Made by a program: the position numbers and the translations under genes. From Nitrospirales bacterium (GTDB taxonomy: Bacteria > Nitrospirota > Nitrospiria > Nitrospirales > UBA8639): a DNA stretch of 64,000 nt. Of the stretch, positions 19,324 through 29,713 are shown in pieces. The stretch spans positions 1,472,001 through 1,536,000 of the forward strand of contig CBDCWC010000002.1 of assembly GCA_965223295.1 (NCBI GenBank), in the 5' to 3' direction. The notes below the pieces were generated by a model. That model made no database searches. It was not told the origin of the DNA and worked only from the letters and a program-made list of their open reading frames with translations. Within the stretch, counting starts at the first letter, position 1. The number at the start of each line of letters is the position of its first letter.

Positions 19324-20553
19324 ATGAAAAAACGCATTGCTATTCAAGATTTGCGACCTGGGATGTACATCGCAGGAATGGACCAGTCCTGGTTCCAAAC
19401 TCCCTTCCTTCGCCACAAATGGCTCTTGAAGCGTGAAGACGAAATCACCTTGCTCCGTAGTTATGGCATCCAAACGCTCTTCATCGATACCGACAAGGGA
19501 TGTGATGTACTCGAGCCTTCCGACAGCCAGCAATCGACTGAAGCCCCTCATGAACCTCATGCCGACAACGAACCTTTGCCTTCTCCCACTTCAGACTTAG
19601 GACCCAATCCGGAAGATATTGAATCTGCTCGAGTCCTACGTGCTGAAGCCATTTCCATACTGGATGTATTTTTTCAACAAATGGAAGCCCCATCTGCACA
19701 ACATCTCATGGATGTTCGCGGCGTAGTCAGTACATTGTTAGAAGGGATTTTGGAACATCAAGCAGCTATGGTGTCATTGATTCAAATGCGACGTTTTGAT
19801 GCCAATCTTGCCACTCATGGTGTCGATACCGGAGTGTTAGCCATGGCGATGGGACAAGACTCTGGTTGCGAAACAGCCCAACTCAAATTGCTTGGCCTGG
19901 CCGCCATGGTCCATGATGTTGGGCAGCTTCGCCTGCCGCTTAATCTCTTACGAAAAGTCCAACCATACGTGCCTCAGGACCACAAATTGATTCAGGCACA
20001 TTGCAACATGGGCAAAGCCATGCTGAATCAGTTTCCGGATTTTCCGGAAGAATCCAAACGGATGGTTCAACAACACCATGAACGGCTTGATGGATCTGGA
20101 TATCCTCAAGGCTTGCGGGGAGCCGAAATTTCAGAACTTACCCAAATTCTCAGTATTGCCGACACCTATGATGCCCAGATTAGTGGACGCTGTAGCCAAC
20201 CGCCGGTCCCTCCAGCACGAGCGTTATCGGAATTGTATCAAGCGGCGGTTGCCGGACAATATTCTACAACATTTGTTCAACGCCTGATCTATTTGTTAGG
20301 CGTGTATCCCATTGGCTCCCTCATCCGATTGAACACAGGTGAACAGGCTGTGGTCGTCTGGGTTCATAGTCATTCACGCTTAACTCCCACCATAAAATTG
20401 GTTAAAAAGGCAAATGGCGAACTGTATGAAGAACAAGAAATTATCGATCTGGCCTCGCAAGATTCTGCTGGTCCCTCTCGTTCCATTCAAGAAGTTCTGG
20501 ATCCGCATCAAGAAGGTTGGGATATGACAAAAATTTTAGAATCATTATGGTAA
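19324..20553 (+). CDS. HD-GYP phosphodiesterase with DUF3391-type N-terminus
   Basis: KRIAIQDLRPGMYI N-terminus, HDVG, HHERLDGSGYP, GVYPIGSL. The ATG at 19324 is preferred over the GTG at 19288. Confidence 0.9.
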   Translation: MKKRIAIQDLRPGMYIAGMDQSWFQTPFLRHKWLLKREDEITLLRSYGIQTLFIDTDKGCDVLEPSDSQQSTEAPHEPHADNEPLPSPTSDLGPNPEDIESARVLRAEAISILDVFFQQMEAPSAQHLMDVRGVVSTLLEGILEHQAAMVSLIQMRRFDANLATHGVDTGVLAMAMGQDSGCETAQLKLLGLAAMVHDVGQLRLPLNLLRKVQPYVPQDHKLIQAHCNMGKAMLNQFPDFPEESKRMVQQHHERLDGSGYPQGLRGAEISELTQILSIADTYDAQISGRCSQPPVPPARALSELYQAAVAGQYSTTFVQRLIYLLGVYPIGSLIRLNTGEQAVVVWVHSHSRLTPTIKLVKKANGELYEEQEIIDLASQDSAGPSRSIQEVLDPHQEGWDMTKILESLW

Positions 20554-20583
20554 AAATGCAGCTTTTTTGATGACACTTGATCC

Positions 20584-23262
20584 ATGAGTTTTCATTCTCC
20601 TTTCAAAAATCTCCACCAAATGGATATCACAAGCCTCCATCAAGCGTTGCGTTCATCTCAAGCTTTTGTCCACACGCTATTAGATTCCATCCATATTGGC
20701 ATTTGTCAGGTAGACACTCAGGGACACATCTTATCCCTGAATTTAGAAGGAACCCGTATTCTCCATCGCACCGAACAATCATGTATCGGGCACTCGTTTC
20801 ATGAGCATGCGGGTTGTCTCTCTGTGGATCCCATCACCCAGCATGAAGACTGCCCCATTCAGCAGGTCTTGAAAACCGGCAAAGCGATATGGGCACCAAA
20901 ATTGGTGATGCGACGACCAAGCCGCGAAACACGATGGGTTGAATTTCAATGCACCCTTTTCTCGAATCCCGATAGCCCTGGAGCATTGCTAATCTTCCGG
21001 GATCTGAGCCAGCAACTTCAACAACAGGAAGAACACCAACACCTTGCCTCTATGCCTGAAGAAAATCCCAATCCCATTGTAGAAGTGGACGCTCAAGGAC
21101 GTTTGGCCTATGCCAACCCAACAATGATCGCACTTCTCGATTCCTATGGCTTTCGAGAAGATGGACTCCCACACGTTTTGCCCCCAACCCTCTCACGCAT
21201 TGCAAGGGAATGCCTCAAATCCATGACCCCATTGAGAGGAACGACTGTGGTCATTGACAATCATCACTTTGATTGGACGTTTTCTCCCATACAAGATAAA
21301 GGTCTTCTCCGAGGGTATGGTTTAGACATTACCAAGCATGTCCATATTAGGAATAAGCTAACGGAACTTCAATCGCAATATGCGTCTTTGGTCGACGCGG
21401 CACACGAAGGCATTATCTCGGCTGATCTCCATGGCACTATTGTCTCTTGGAATCCTGCCGCCGAAGGACTATTTGGATTTCAGCAGGAAGAGATCATCGG
21501 CCGCTCCATCCTGACGCTGTTGGAAGAGAGCTATCGAGACATCTATCAAAAAGGCTTGGAAGATATTACTTATGGCGACGCGGGAGCCCACCCCATTCAG
21601 CAGCCGTTAGAATTAACGGGCCTTCGTAAAACCGGAGAGGTCTTCCCCTTAGAAATTTCCTTAACCAGTTGGAAGGTTGGGATGGATACGCATTATGGCT
21701 TTATCCTTCGTGACATTTCTGATCGGAAACACCTTGAACAATCTCTTTTGGAAGAAAAAGACCGACTGGTCACGACTCTCCAATCCCTTGAGGAAGGCAT
21801 CATTACCACTGACCGGGAAGGCCGTATTACGTTTTTGAATCCCCTGGCCGAACAGATCACAGAATGGTCACAATCAGATGCATTGACCCGCTCTCTTCAA
21901 GAGATATTTCGACTGGCCAACAAAACTTCAGGACAAGAGGAGGCACCCACACCACAAAATTCTTCTGCCCTTTCTGCCCTGGCTGAACCAAACTCTCTAC
22001 ACCAACTTATCACCAAACATGGCCATCAACGAACTATTTCCATGCGTGAAACACCCATTCGAGATCACCGTTCCCACTTGATGGGAACGGTCATTATTTT
22101 CCACGATATCACTGACCAGCACCGCCAGCAAAAAGAAGAACAGCGCCGGAGCAAATTAAATTCCTTGGGCGTATTGGCAGGAGGCATCGCTCATGACTTC
22201 AACAACTTGCTGACGGCAATCCTGGGGAATGTCTTCGTCGCGAAATTGCGTATGGTTGCTCAAGATCCTTTGGCTCACAACCTTGAGCAAGCCGAGCAGG
22301 CCTGTCTTCGAGCCAAGGAACTCACTCAGCAACTTCTAACATTTGCCAAAGGGGGGGCGCCTATTAAGACCTCTATTGCGCTGGGAGAGCTTGTTCGAAA
22401 AAGCGCGGTGTTTGCCCTTTCAGGTTCGTCGATCAGTTGTCATTTTGATATTCCTAACGATCTGTGGCCTATAGATGCGGATGCGAACCAACTGCGGCAA
22501 GTTATTCAAAGCATCACGCTCAATGCTCGACAAGCCATGCCTGAAGGTGGGTCCTTTTCGATTTGCATGGAAAATGTCGCACTCCCGACCCAGTCGACAT
22601 TGCCTTCTACAACGTTATCCCCTGGGAATTATGTGAAGATATCCTTTGAAGATCAGGGAGTAGGGATTAAAGAGCAGGATATGCCCAACATTTTCGATCC
22701 GTATTTCACAACTAAACCTGGCGCTTCTGGGTTAGGACTGGCCGCAGCCCATAGCATTATCCAGCAACATCAAGGACATATACACGTCCATTCTGAGGTA
22801 GGCAAAAGCACCACAGTCACTGTGTACTTACCCTCTTCATATTTTTCCGTTGGTCAGGATCGCCAAGCCGTTCCAAAAGGACGTGGTCGAATCCTTGTCA
22901 TGGACGATGAGCAAAGCATTCTCCGAATGGTGGAGGGTGCGCTCACCCAATTTGGCTATGAGGTAATCACCGTCCAAGATGGACAAACGGCCATTGATGT
23001 CTTTTCCAAGTCCTTGGCCAATAGTAAGCCCTTTGATGCCGTCCTTCTCGACTTAACCATCCCCGGTGGAATGGGCGGAAAGGATACCATGCAACATCTT
23101 CAAAAGTTGGACCCGCATGTGAAAGCTGTTGTCACCAGCGGATATTCAGACGATCCCATCATGTCGGACTTTCACACTTACGGATTTCAAGACATCCTAG
23201 TGAAGCCTTACAAAATCACTGAACTGGCGCAGACACTTAAAGAGCTTTGTGCGGACAATTAG
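20584..23262 (+). CDS. Multi-PAS hybrid sensor histidine kinase with C-terminal receiver
   Basis: Several PAS repeats, H-box GIAHDFNNLL, PYFTTK, GLGL, and receiver motifs ILVMDDE, LLDLTIP and KPY. Confidence 0.95.
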   Translation: MSFHSPFKNLHQMDITSLHQALRSSQAFVHTLLDSIHIGICQVDTQGHILSLNLEGTRILHRTEQSCIGHSFHEHAGCLSVDPITQHEDCPIQQVLKTGKAIWAPKLVMRRPSRETRWVEFQCTLFSNPDSPGALLIFRDLSQQLQQQEEHQHLASMPEENPNPIVEVDAQGRLAYANPTMIALLDSYGFREDGLPHVLPPTLSRIARECLKSMTPLRGTTVVIDNHHFDWTFSPIQDKGLLRGYGLDITKHVHIRNKLTELQSQYASLVDAAHEGIISADLHGTIVSWNPAAEGLFGFQQEEIIGRSILTLLEESYRDIYQKGLEDITYGDAGAHPIQQPLELTGLRKTGEVFPLEISLTSWKVGMDTHYGFILRDISDRKHLEQSLLEEKDRLVTTLQSLEEGIITTDREGRITFLNPLAEQITEWSQSDALTRSLQEIFRLANKTSGQEEAPTPQNSSALSALAEPNSLHQLITKHGHQRTISMRETPIRDHRSHLMGTVIIFHDITDQHRQQKEEQRRSKLNSLGVLAGGIAHDFNNLLTAILGNVFVAKLRMVAQDPLAHNLEQAEQACLRAKELTQQLLTFAKGGAPIKTSIALGELVRKSAVFALSGSSISCHFDIPNDLWPIDADANQLRQVIQSITLNARQAMPEGGSFSICMENVALPTQSTLPSTTLSPGNYVKISFEDQGVGIKEQDMPNIFDPYFTTKPGASGLGLAAAHSIIQQHQGHIHVHSEVGKSTTVTVYLPSSYFSVGQDRQAVPKGRGRILVMDDEQSILRMVEGALTQFGYEVITVQDGQTAIDVFSKSLANSKPFDAVLLDLTIPGGMGGKDTMQHLQKLDPHVKAVVTSGYSDDPIMSDFHTYGFQDILVKPYKITELAQTLKELCADN

Positions 23263-23522
23263 ATTGACTAGTCGCAAAGATACTTCACGAGGGCTGTCAG
23301 AGAGGAGAACAAATGGCATTCGCTGCGATCTTACCGTCGGCATTCCATGACACCAAACAAGCACACATCAGATCAATAGTTAGTAGATATAGCGAGGGAG
23401 AGGCAGAAATCGAAGGAAACAGGCTATACATGAAATTACGTCGAGTTTCGCCCCCGACTGTTCACCTCGATAGGTCGAGGAAAACCATCACCAAGAAATT
23501 AATCGTTCCTGACTTCTTTTCC

Positions 23523-24512
23523 CTATAGGCACGCAGGATCCCGACGGAGCAAGGTTTGCTGCTGGACCATCGGAAATTTACTCAACATTCGATTACTGAG
23601 CGTAAGATTTTCTTTCGCTTTTTCATAATATGTCGGTTGCGTTTCAATAGCTTTCTCAAAACACCGAGATGCCCGAGCAAACTGTTTTTGTTCAAGAAAT
23701 GCAACCCCAAGGTTGTTATAGGCCTTGGCCGGTTCCATCCCACGAACATACGCGTCATAGGCCAAGTCATAATGTCCAAGTTTCGCCAGTGCTAAACCAA
23801 GATTGTTAGCAATTTTTCCGGTATTACCTCCCACCTGCAAAGCCTGTTGAAACGTTCGAACCGCATTTTCGTATTGTTGATCAAGATAATAGGCCATTCC
23901 CATATTATTGAGAATCGCTGGATTATTAGGTCTTTTCTCCAAGGCGACTTCATACATCTTGACGGCATCCTGATGTGCATGGCGACGGTCAGCCACAATT
24001 CCCAAATAATTCGTCGACGTCCACAAGTCAGGATCATAGAGCAAAGCTGCTTGAAATTCGCGTTCGGCTTCACCATCTTTTTCCATTCTCAACAATGCCC
24101 GCCCCATTCCTTCATAGGCAGGGGCAAAATTCAGATCATAGTCAAGAATTTCATGAAATTCGTTATAGGCATCTCGTATTTGACCACTTTGGAGATAGAC
24201 GACAGCAAGTTTATACCGTGTCGGCACTCGCTCCGGTTCAACATGCAACACTTTTTCATATTGAACCTTCGCCAATTGCATGTTGCCTTGCTGAAGATGA
24301 GCATCTCCCAATTTTTCATAATCTGATGAGGCTAGTTCCTTAGTCAGATCGTTGGAAATCTCCGATTCGTGAGCAAGCCCTGCTTTCTGCCGTTCCAATA
24401 TTTGTTGGTAATGTTCATCCTGCACAGTAAACATCTTCTTTTCAGATTTCGAACATCCCGTCACAACAAGACCAACACTCACTAACGTAACCAGCAAAAA
24501 TTGTACTTTCAT
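23523..24512 (-). CDS. tadD: TPR lipoprotein, TadD-like
   Basis: Lipobox VTGC and many TPRs; last gene of the tad locus. The ATG at 24512 follows an agaggtgg RBS. Confidence 0.75.
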   Translation of the reverse strand: MKVQFLLVTLVSVGLVVTGCSKSEKKMFTVQDEHYQQILERQKAGLAHESEISNDLTKELASSDYEKLGDAHLQQGNMQLAKVQYEKVLHVEPERVPTRYKLAVVYLQSGQIRDAYNEFHEILDYDLNFAPAYEGMGRALLRMEKDGEAEREFQAALLYDPDLWTSTNYLGIVADRRHAHQDAVKMYEVALEKRPNNPAILNNMGMAYYLDQQYENAVRTFQQALQVGGNTGKIANNLGLALAKLGHYDLAYDAYVRGMEPAKAYNNLGVAFLEQKQFARASRCFEKAIETQPTYYEKAKENLTLSNRMLSKFPMVQQQTLLRRDPACL

Positions 24513-24639
24513 TATATCCACCTCTCTAAAGTTGACTATGTTCTGAGACAAACCATGAAACGGTCTTGCTCAAGATTTGTTGCCTGTATTTTCACATATC
24601 TCGATTCATACAAAATTGAGTGAAAGGGAAAATCTTTTA

Positions 24640-25599
24640 TCATAGATTGGGGAGTAAGTTTCTCATGAGACTAATAACCCCAGGTCCAATAATCACAACC
24701 ATCAGGCTTGGAAATATGAAGAGAATAAGAGGAATCATGAGTTTGACCGGCAACTGTGCGGCTTTTTCCTCGGCCCTCAGACGCCGAGCTAATCGCATTG
24801 AATCCGAATGCACACGCAAGGCTTGCCCAACACTCGTACCAAACCGGTCCGTCTGAATGAGAAGAGCCACTAAACTTCGAATATCATCGAGATTCGTCCG
24901 ATTCACTAGGTTACGAAGCCCTTGCTCACGAGATAGTCCCGCACGCAATTCTAGGTTCAAAAGAAGAAATTCCTCTCCCAAGTCAGGATGTCCTGCTTTG
25001 ACTTCCATGCCGACCCGAGCAATAGCTTGATCAAGTCCTAACCCTGCCTCCACACAGACCACCATAAGATCAAGTGCATCGGGAAAGCCATCAACCAACT
25101 TCTGCTTACGGCTACTCACGGCAGAATTCAACCATATCTTAGGGCTATAAAAACCAACGGATAAGGCACCAATCAAAAATCCTGGCAGAGCCAAATCACC
25201 CATTGACGCAGTAGACTCAGTTCCAAAAACCAAAAATGCTACACCACATAGAATGGCTAGAAAAATTTGGCTTCCCAAAAAGATGATAGGCGCTTGGTTC
25301 GATCGATACCCTGCGGTTGTCAAATTCGACCGTAACTGTGACGTTGAGACCTGTTGTTTTGGTGAGTTTAGTTTGCCAAGGCGTTCCAGCAGATCCACAA
25401 ATTGTGTTTTGAGAGCATCTTTTGTATCTGTTTTTTTCGCTTTGGCCTGAGAAAGCGATTCACCCTTGACGCGTGAATTCCAATCGTTCAAAGTTCGCTT
25501 TGACTGGGTATATGAGACCACTCCCCACCCGACAAGGAGGACGAAAAGAAAAACCAGCCCGCTGATCAGTAATAATGGATCCATGGCAAATCCCATCAC
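24640..25599 (-). CDS. tadC: Tad inner-membrane platform protein TadC
   Basis: FPDALDLMVVCVEAGLGLDQA, QTDRFGTS, AEEKAAQLPVKL. Confidence 0.93.
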   Translation of the reverse strand: MMGFAMDPLLLISGLVFLFVLLVGWGVVSYTQSKRTLNDWNSRVKGESLSQAKAKKTDTKDALKTQFVDLLERLGKLNSPKQQVSTSQLRSNLTTAGYRSNQAPIIFLGSQIFLAILCGVAFLVFGTESTASMGDLALPGFLIGALSVGFYSPKIWLNSAVSSRKQKLVDGFPDALDLMVVCVEAGLGLDQAIARVGMEVKAGHPDLGEEFLLLNLELRAGLSREQGLRNLVNRTNLDDIRSLVALLIQTDRFGTSVGQALRVHSDSMRLARRLRAEEKAAQLPVKLMIPLILFIFPSLMVVIIGPGVISLMRNLLPNL

Positions 25600-26567
25600 A
25601 CCTTAATATTACACATATTTTTCATGACAAACGCGCCAAGCAGCATTAAAAATATCGATCCAGCCATCATCATTTGGCCAAGTTCATCACTAAATAACAA
25701 TCCAATATAGTCTGGGCTAAGCCACCAAAGAATTCCCGCCATCACTATAGGAAGAAAAAAGAGAATGATCCCAGATAATCGACCTTCCGCAGAAATGGCT
25801 TTAATGCGGCCAAAGAGTTCAAAACGCTGTCGGATTAAACGCGAAATAGCTTCAATGATTTCGGCGAGATTACCTCCCGTTTCCCGTTGGACCACCAGCG
25901 CAGTCACAAAAAATTTCAAATCGGTACTAATAACTCGATCATTCAAATTATTCATCGCCTCGGGAACATCAATACCAAAAGAAATTTCTTCGACAGTTCG
26001 ACTAAATTCCGGACCGATTGGATCAGGGAATTCATCGCCGACCATTTTCATCCCGACTGAAAAGGCATGCCCCGCTCGAAGGGCTCTGGCCATGAGATCC
26101 AAGCCCTCAGGGAGTTGCCGCTCAAAAGCCTGAAATCGCTTTCGTCGTTTCATTCTGATCCAGATGAGCGGAATAAAACACCCCATCAACCCAGTGCCTA
26201 GCCCTACCAAGAAACCATAATCCATCAGTAGGGGAATCATCATACCTAAGGCCCCGACCACGCCAGAAATCAAGAGAAACAGTCCCACAGGAAGATGGCT
26301 GTTCGCCTGTTGTAGCATTTTTTCCAGACCGCCGAGATTATTGAAAGAGAGCAATAATTCATGAAGCCATGGAAGCTCACTGAGCTTCCGGTTTCGAACA
26401 AGATTCGTCTTTTCTGACTGCTCTTTTTTATGGAAACTCCCAGAAGATCTGAGCCGCCGCTTCATATGACGATGCTTTGGGCTCACATATTGATGATAGA
26501 AATAGTATCCACCTTCAACAAAAAGAATAATTGATAGAAATATGCCGATGCTAATTGCAATACTCAT
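25596..26567 (-). CDS. tadB: Tad inner-membrane platform protein TadB
   Basis: QLPEGLDLMARALRAGH, QRETGGNLAE, SAEGRLS. Confidence 0.93.
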   Translation of the reverse strand: MSIAISIGIFLSIILFVEGGYYFYHQYVSPKHRHMKRRLRSSGSFHKKEQSEKTNLVRNRKLSELPWLHELLLSFNNLGGLEKMLQQANSHLPVGLFLLISGVVGALGMMIPLLMDYGFLVGLGTGLMGCFIPLIWIRMKRRKRFQAFERQLPEGLDLMARALRAGHAFSVGMKMVGDEFPDPIGPEFSRTVEEISFGIDVPEAMNNLNDRVISTDLKFFVTALVVQRETGGNLAEIIEAISRLIRQRFELFGRIKAISAEGRLSGIILFFLPIVMAGILWWLSPDYIGLLFSDELGQMMMAGSIFLMLLGAFVMKNMCNIKV

Positions 26568-26656
26568 CTATCTCGCTTGCTCCCCTTCCGACCCGGCGGC
26601 CTTTCTTATTGAACAATCTCTTTACCTGATTGACAACCAGCTCTCGGCTTGAAACA

Positions 26657-27982
26657 TTACACTTCATAAATTTTTTCGGGATCAAAAATGCTCTGGTCAC
26701 ATGCAATGCCCAATGCTTTAAAACGTTCGACAAACTTGGGGCGAACTCCCGTCGCTCGAAAAATCCCGTGCACTCTTCGTTCTTCATCAAGTCCTGTTTG
26801 CTGGAATGTGAAAATTTCTTGTATCGTAATGGTCTCACCTTCCATTCCAACAATTTCCGATAAGCTGGTCGTTTTTCGTGATCCATCAGATAACCGGGTT
26901 TGCTGTAACACCACATCAATGGCTGAACTAATATAATGACGTAGCGCTTTCGTGGCTAAATTTAAACCCGCCATCGCGACCAAGGTTTCCACACGAGTCA
27001 AGCAATCGCGCGGGGTATTCGCATGGATAGTCGTAAGCGATCCATCATGACCTGTATTCATGGCTTGAAGCATGTCCAAACATTCACCACTCCGAACCTC
27101 ACCCATGACAATCCGGTCTGGTCTCATACGCAAACAGTTTTTGACGAGCTCTCTTTGCGACACTTCCCCTTTTCCTTCGACATTGGGAGGTCGGGTCTCT
27201 AAACGAACCACATGAGGCTGTCGTAGCTGTAATTCAGCTGAATCCTCGATGGTGACAATCCGTTCATCCTCAGGGATAAATCCTGATAAGATGTTTAAAA
27301 TAGTGGTTTTCCCACAACCGGTACCACCAGAAATGATCACATTAAGCCGAGCTTCAACAATTCCGCGAAGTAATTCTGCAATTTCAGGTGTCAAGGAGCG
27401 TTTATCAATAAGGTCTTGAATAACCAGTTTATCTTTAGAAAATTTTCGAATCGAAATGGATGACCCATCAAGCGCCAATGGCGGAATAATCGCGTTCACA
27501 CGAGATCCATCCAATAACCGCGCATCGCACATGGGGGCTGATTCATCAATTCTTCGACCAACTGCCGAAACAATTTTCTCAATAATCTTTCGAAGATGGC
27601 TTTCATCACGAAATGTCACGTCCGTCAATTGAAGCTTTCCAGCCCGTTCGACATACACTTGGTCGCATCGATTCACCAAAATATCGTTGACGGTATCATC
27701 CTGAACCAAGGGTTCCAAAGGACCAAGCCCCATCACTTCATGTTGAATATCAGAAATGAGGCTTTCGCGTTCCTTCATACTGAGAGGAACAGATTCCGCT
27801 TCCAACATTTCCTGGACAAGCTTGGTCAACTCCATCTTTAGGAGATTTTCATCTAGAGTGGCCACGATCGAGAGATCGAGGGTATCAATAACCTGTCGAT
27901 GTAACCGTTCTTTTAGCGGGCTCAGATCTAGGGCCGAACTTCCGGCAGAGACCCCGACGTCATCCCATTTTGATTCATACAT
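26657..27982 (-). CDS. tadA: Tad secretion ATPase CpaF/TadA
   Basis: Walker [48 protein letters not shown]. Confidence 0.96.
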   Translation of the reverse strand: MYESKWDDVGVSAGSSALDLSPLKERLHRQVIDTLDLSIVATLDENLLKMELTKLVQEMLEAESVPLSMKERESLISDIQHEVMGLGPLEPLVQDDTVNDILVNRCDQVYVERAGKLQLTDVTFRDESHLRKIIEKIVSAVGRRIDESAPMCDARLLDGSRVNAIIPPLALDGSSISIRKFSKDKLVIQDLIDKRSLTPEIAELLRGIVEARLNVIISGGTGCGKTTILNILSGFIPEDERIVTIEDSAELQLRQPHVVRLETRPPNVEGKGEVSQRELVKNCLRMRPDRIVMGEVRSGECLDMLQAMNTGHDGSLTTIHANTPRDCLTRVETLVAMAGLNLATKALRHYISSAIDVVLQQTRLSDGSRKTTSLSEIVGMEGETITIQEIFTFQQTGLDEERRVHGIFRATGVRPKFVERFKALGIACDQSIFDPEKIYEV

Positions 27983-28018
27983 AACGTAAATAACCTCAAC
28001 GTGCTGATTTTAAAAGTT

Positions 28019-29275
28019 TTAAGCTTGAGAAGTTGATGCTTGCGCTTTCCTAGATTTAAATGGGTTCAACCAACTCGACAACGATCCCTTTGCCGCAGTC
28101 TGTCCTCCGGCTTCGGTGTGAGATTGGGCAAAATCCCTGAAGGATTTGGCCACAGATGTACGGGCTGCCACATCAATAATCGGCTTGCCACTGTTGACAG
28201 ATCGGCTAACGGATGGATAATCGTTTGGAAGCAGCCAATAACTTTTTTGTTTGAGAATGTCTTCAGTTTCTTTCAATACATCCTCCTCAGGTGACAAATA
28301 CCGATTCACGACCATTCGAATCTTGCTCTGAGGAAAACCAGAGCCTTTTAAGAGATCTAAAATTCTTTTGGTGCGATGGACGACCGGAACCATTAATGTG
28401 GAAGTGACATATATCCAGTCACAAAGTTCCAAGGCTTTTTTGGTTGTTAAATCAAGGACATGCCCACAATCAATCACGACAAAATCAAAACTGGCCAGGA
28501 GAAGTTTCAACGTCGCCTCCACACAATCAGGACCTAACCGACCTGTGCTCAGATCATCATAGCCCGAGGGAAGAACCTGCATTCCGGTTTCAGTCTTGGT
28601 CAAGACTCGAACCAAAAACGCCTGGTCTAACCGCGACAAATCGGAAGCAATATCACGAAAGCTATGAGTGGGTTGCAAGTCAAGATACAATGGCAAATCT
28701 CCACCATGTTGATTTACATCAACCAAGACCACAGAAGGCTTACTCGGCGATTGCAAAAGAGCAGCTGCAAAGTTCACGGCAATACTGGTAGTCCCAACAC
28801 CGCCTTTGCCTCCAAAAAATCCAAGAACCTTCCCTTCTTTCTTTTTTTCTACACTTCGGCTCGATTGGGAAGCCGAACGTTCAAGGAAACGACCGATGGC
28901 CTCTTCCACTTCTTGTGCCTGAATCGGCTGGGACAAGAACTCCTTGGCTCCAGCACGCATCCCTTCTAGTAACACCGATGATTCCAGCATCGAAGCGGTA
29001 AAGAAAATTTCCAGTCCCTTAGTGATTTTCGTCATCTCACGCATGACGGAGAATGTTTCTTCAGGTTTTTCGTCAAGCTCCATGACTACTAACGCAGGAA
29101 CCTCCGAACTTTTAGATTCTTTTATCCGAACCCCATCAATGCCACCGATAATTTTTTCTAATGAAGATCTACATTCCGGGTTCTTAACAGAGATTTCAAC
29201 TACCGCATCATTGGAAGGACCTTCGGTTGATGCTCCCCCCCCTGCACGTTTGGGCTTCCAGGCTTTATCCGTCAT
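28019..29275 (-). CDS. cpaE: CpaE/TadZ pilus localisation protein (atypical receiver + MinD-like ATPase)
   Basis: MRAGAKEFL receiver-like segment and deviant Walker A GGKGGVGTT; position in the tad locus. Confidence 0.9.
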   Translation of the reverse strand: MTDKAWKPKRAGGGASTEGPSNDAVVEISVKNPECRSSLEKIIGGIDGVRIKESKSSEVPALVVMELDEKPEETFSVMREMTKITKGLEIFFTASMLESSVLLEGMRAGAKEFLSQPIQAQEVEEAIGRFLERSASQSSRSVEKKKEGKVLGFFGGKGGVGTTSIAVNFAAALLQSPSKPSVVLVDVNQHGGDLPLYLDLQPTHSFRDIASDLSRLDQAFLVRVLTKTETGMQVLPSGYDDLSTGRLGPDCVEATLKLLLASFDFVVIDCGHVLDLTTKKALELCDWIYVTSTLMVPVVHRTKRILDLLKGSGFPQSKIRMVVNRYLSPEEDVLKETEDILKQKSYWLLPNDYPSVSRSVNSGKPIIDVAARTSVAKSFRDFAQSHTEAGGQTAAKGSLSSWLNPFKSRKAQASTSQA

Positions 29276-29706
29276 TTTTTTGCACCTCCCCCACCTTTGG
29301 GCGACCTCGCTCCGCTACCACTAGAACCCCCTCCACGCGTCAATTTCAAATCAGAAAATGGCGGGTTTTCAAACATCAACTGGTAACGGGTCATGCTAAA
29401 TTGAATGGCTTTGGGATCCGCTGCCCCAGGAATGGGATCTAAATTTTTGGCTGAACTCGGATTCATAATTTGTCCTTCAAGCGCTTGCCGGTAAGCTAAT
29501 CCATATTCTTCGCTCAGATGAACAGGACGGGCAGCCCACGGCGAGATGACTTGATCACTTTTCCCCATCGCAAAAGGACGGCGGCCATTTTCCTCCGTCA
29601 TGACAGGCCAGACCCCACAACCAGCCAGCCCTATCCATACAAGACTGAGCAACCCGACAACTCTGATATTGACTTGCGCATGCATGACTTTCTCCTTTTT
29701 CAGCAA
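29272..29706 (-). CDS. Tad-locus lipoprotein (possible pilotin)
   Basis: Lipobox LAGC; lies between the secretin gene and cpaE, with overlapping or near-abutting stop and start codons. Confidence 0.65.
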   Translation of the reverse strand: MLKKEKVMHAQVNIRVVGLLSLVWIGLAGCGVWPVMTEENGRRPFAMGKSDQVISPWAARPVHLSEEYGLAYRQALEGQIMNPSSAKNLDPIPGAADPKAIQFSMTRYQLMFENPPFSDLKLTRGGGSSGSGARSPKGGGGAKK

Positions 29707-29713
29707 TAAACTG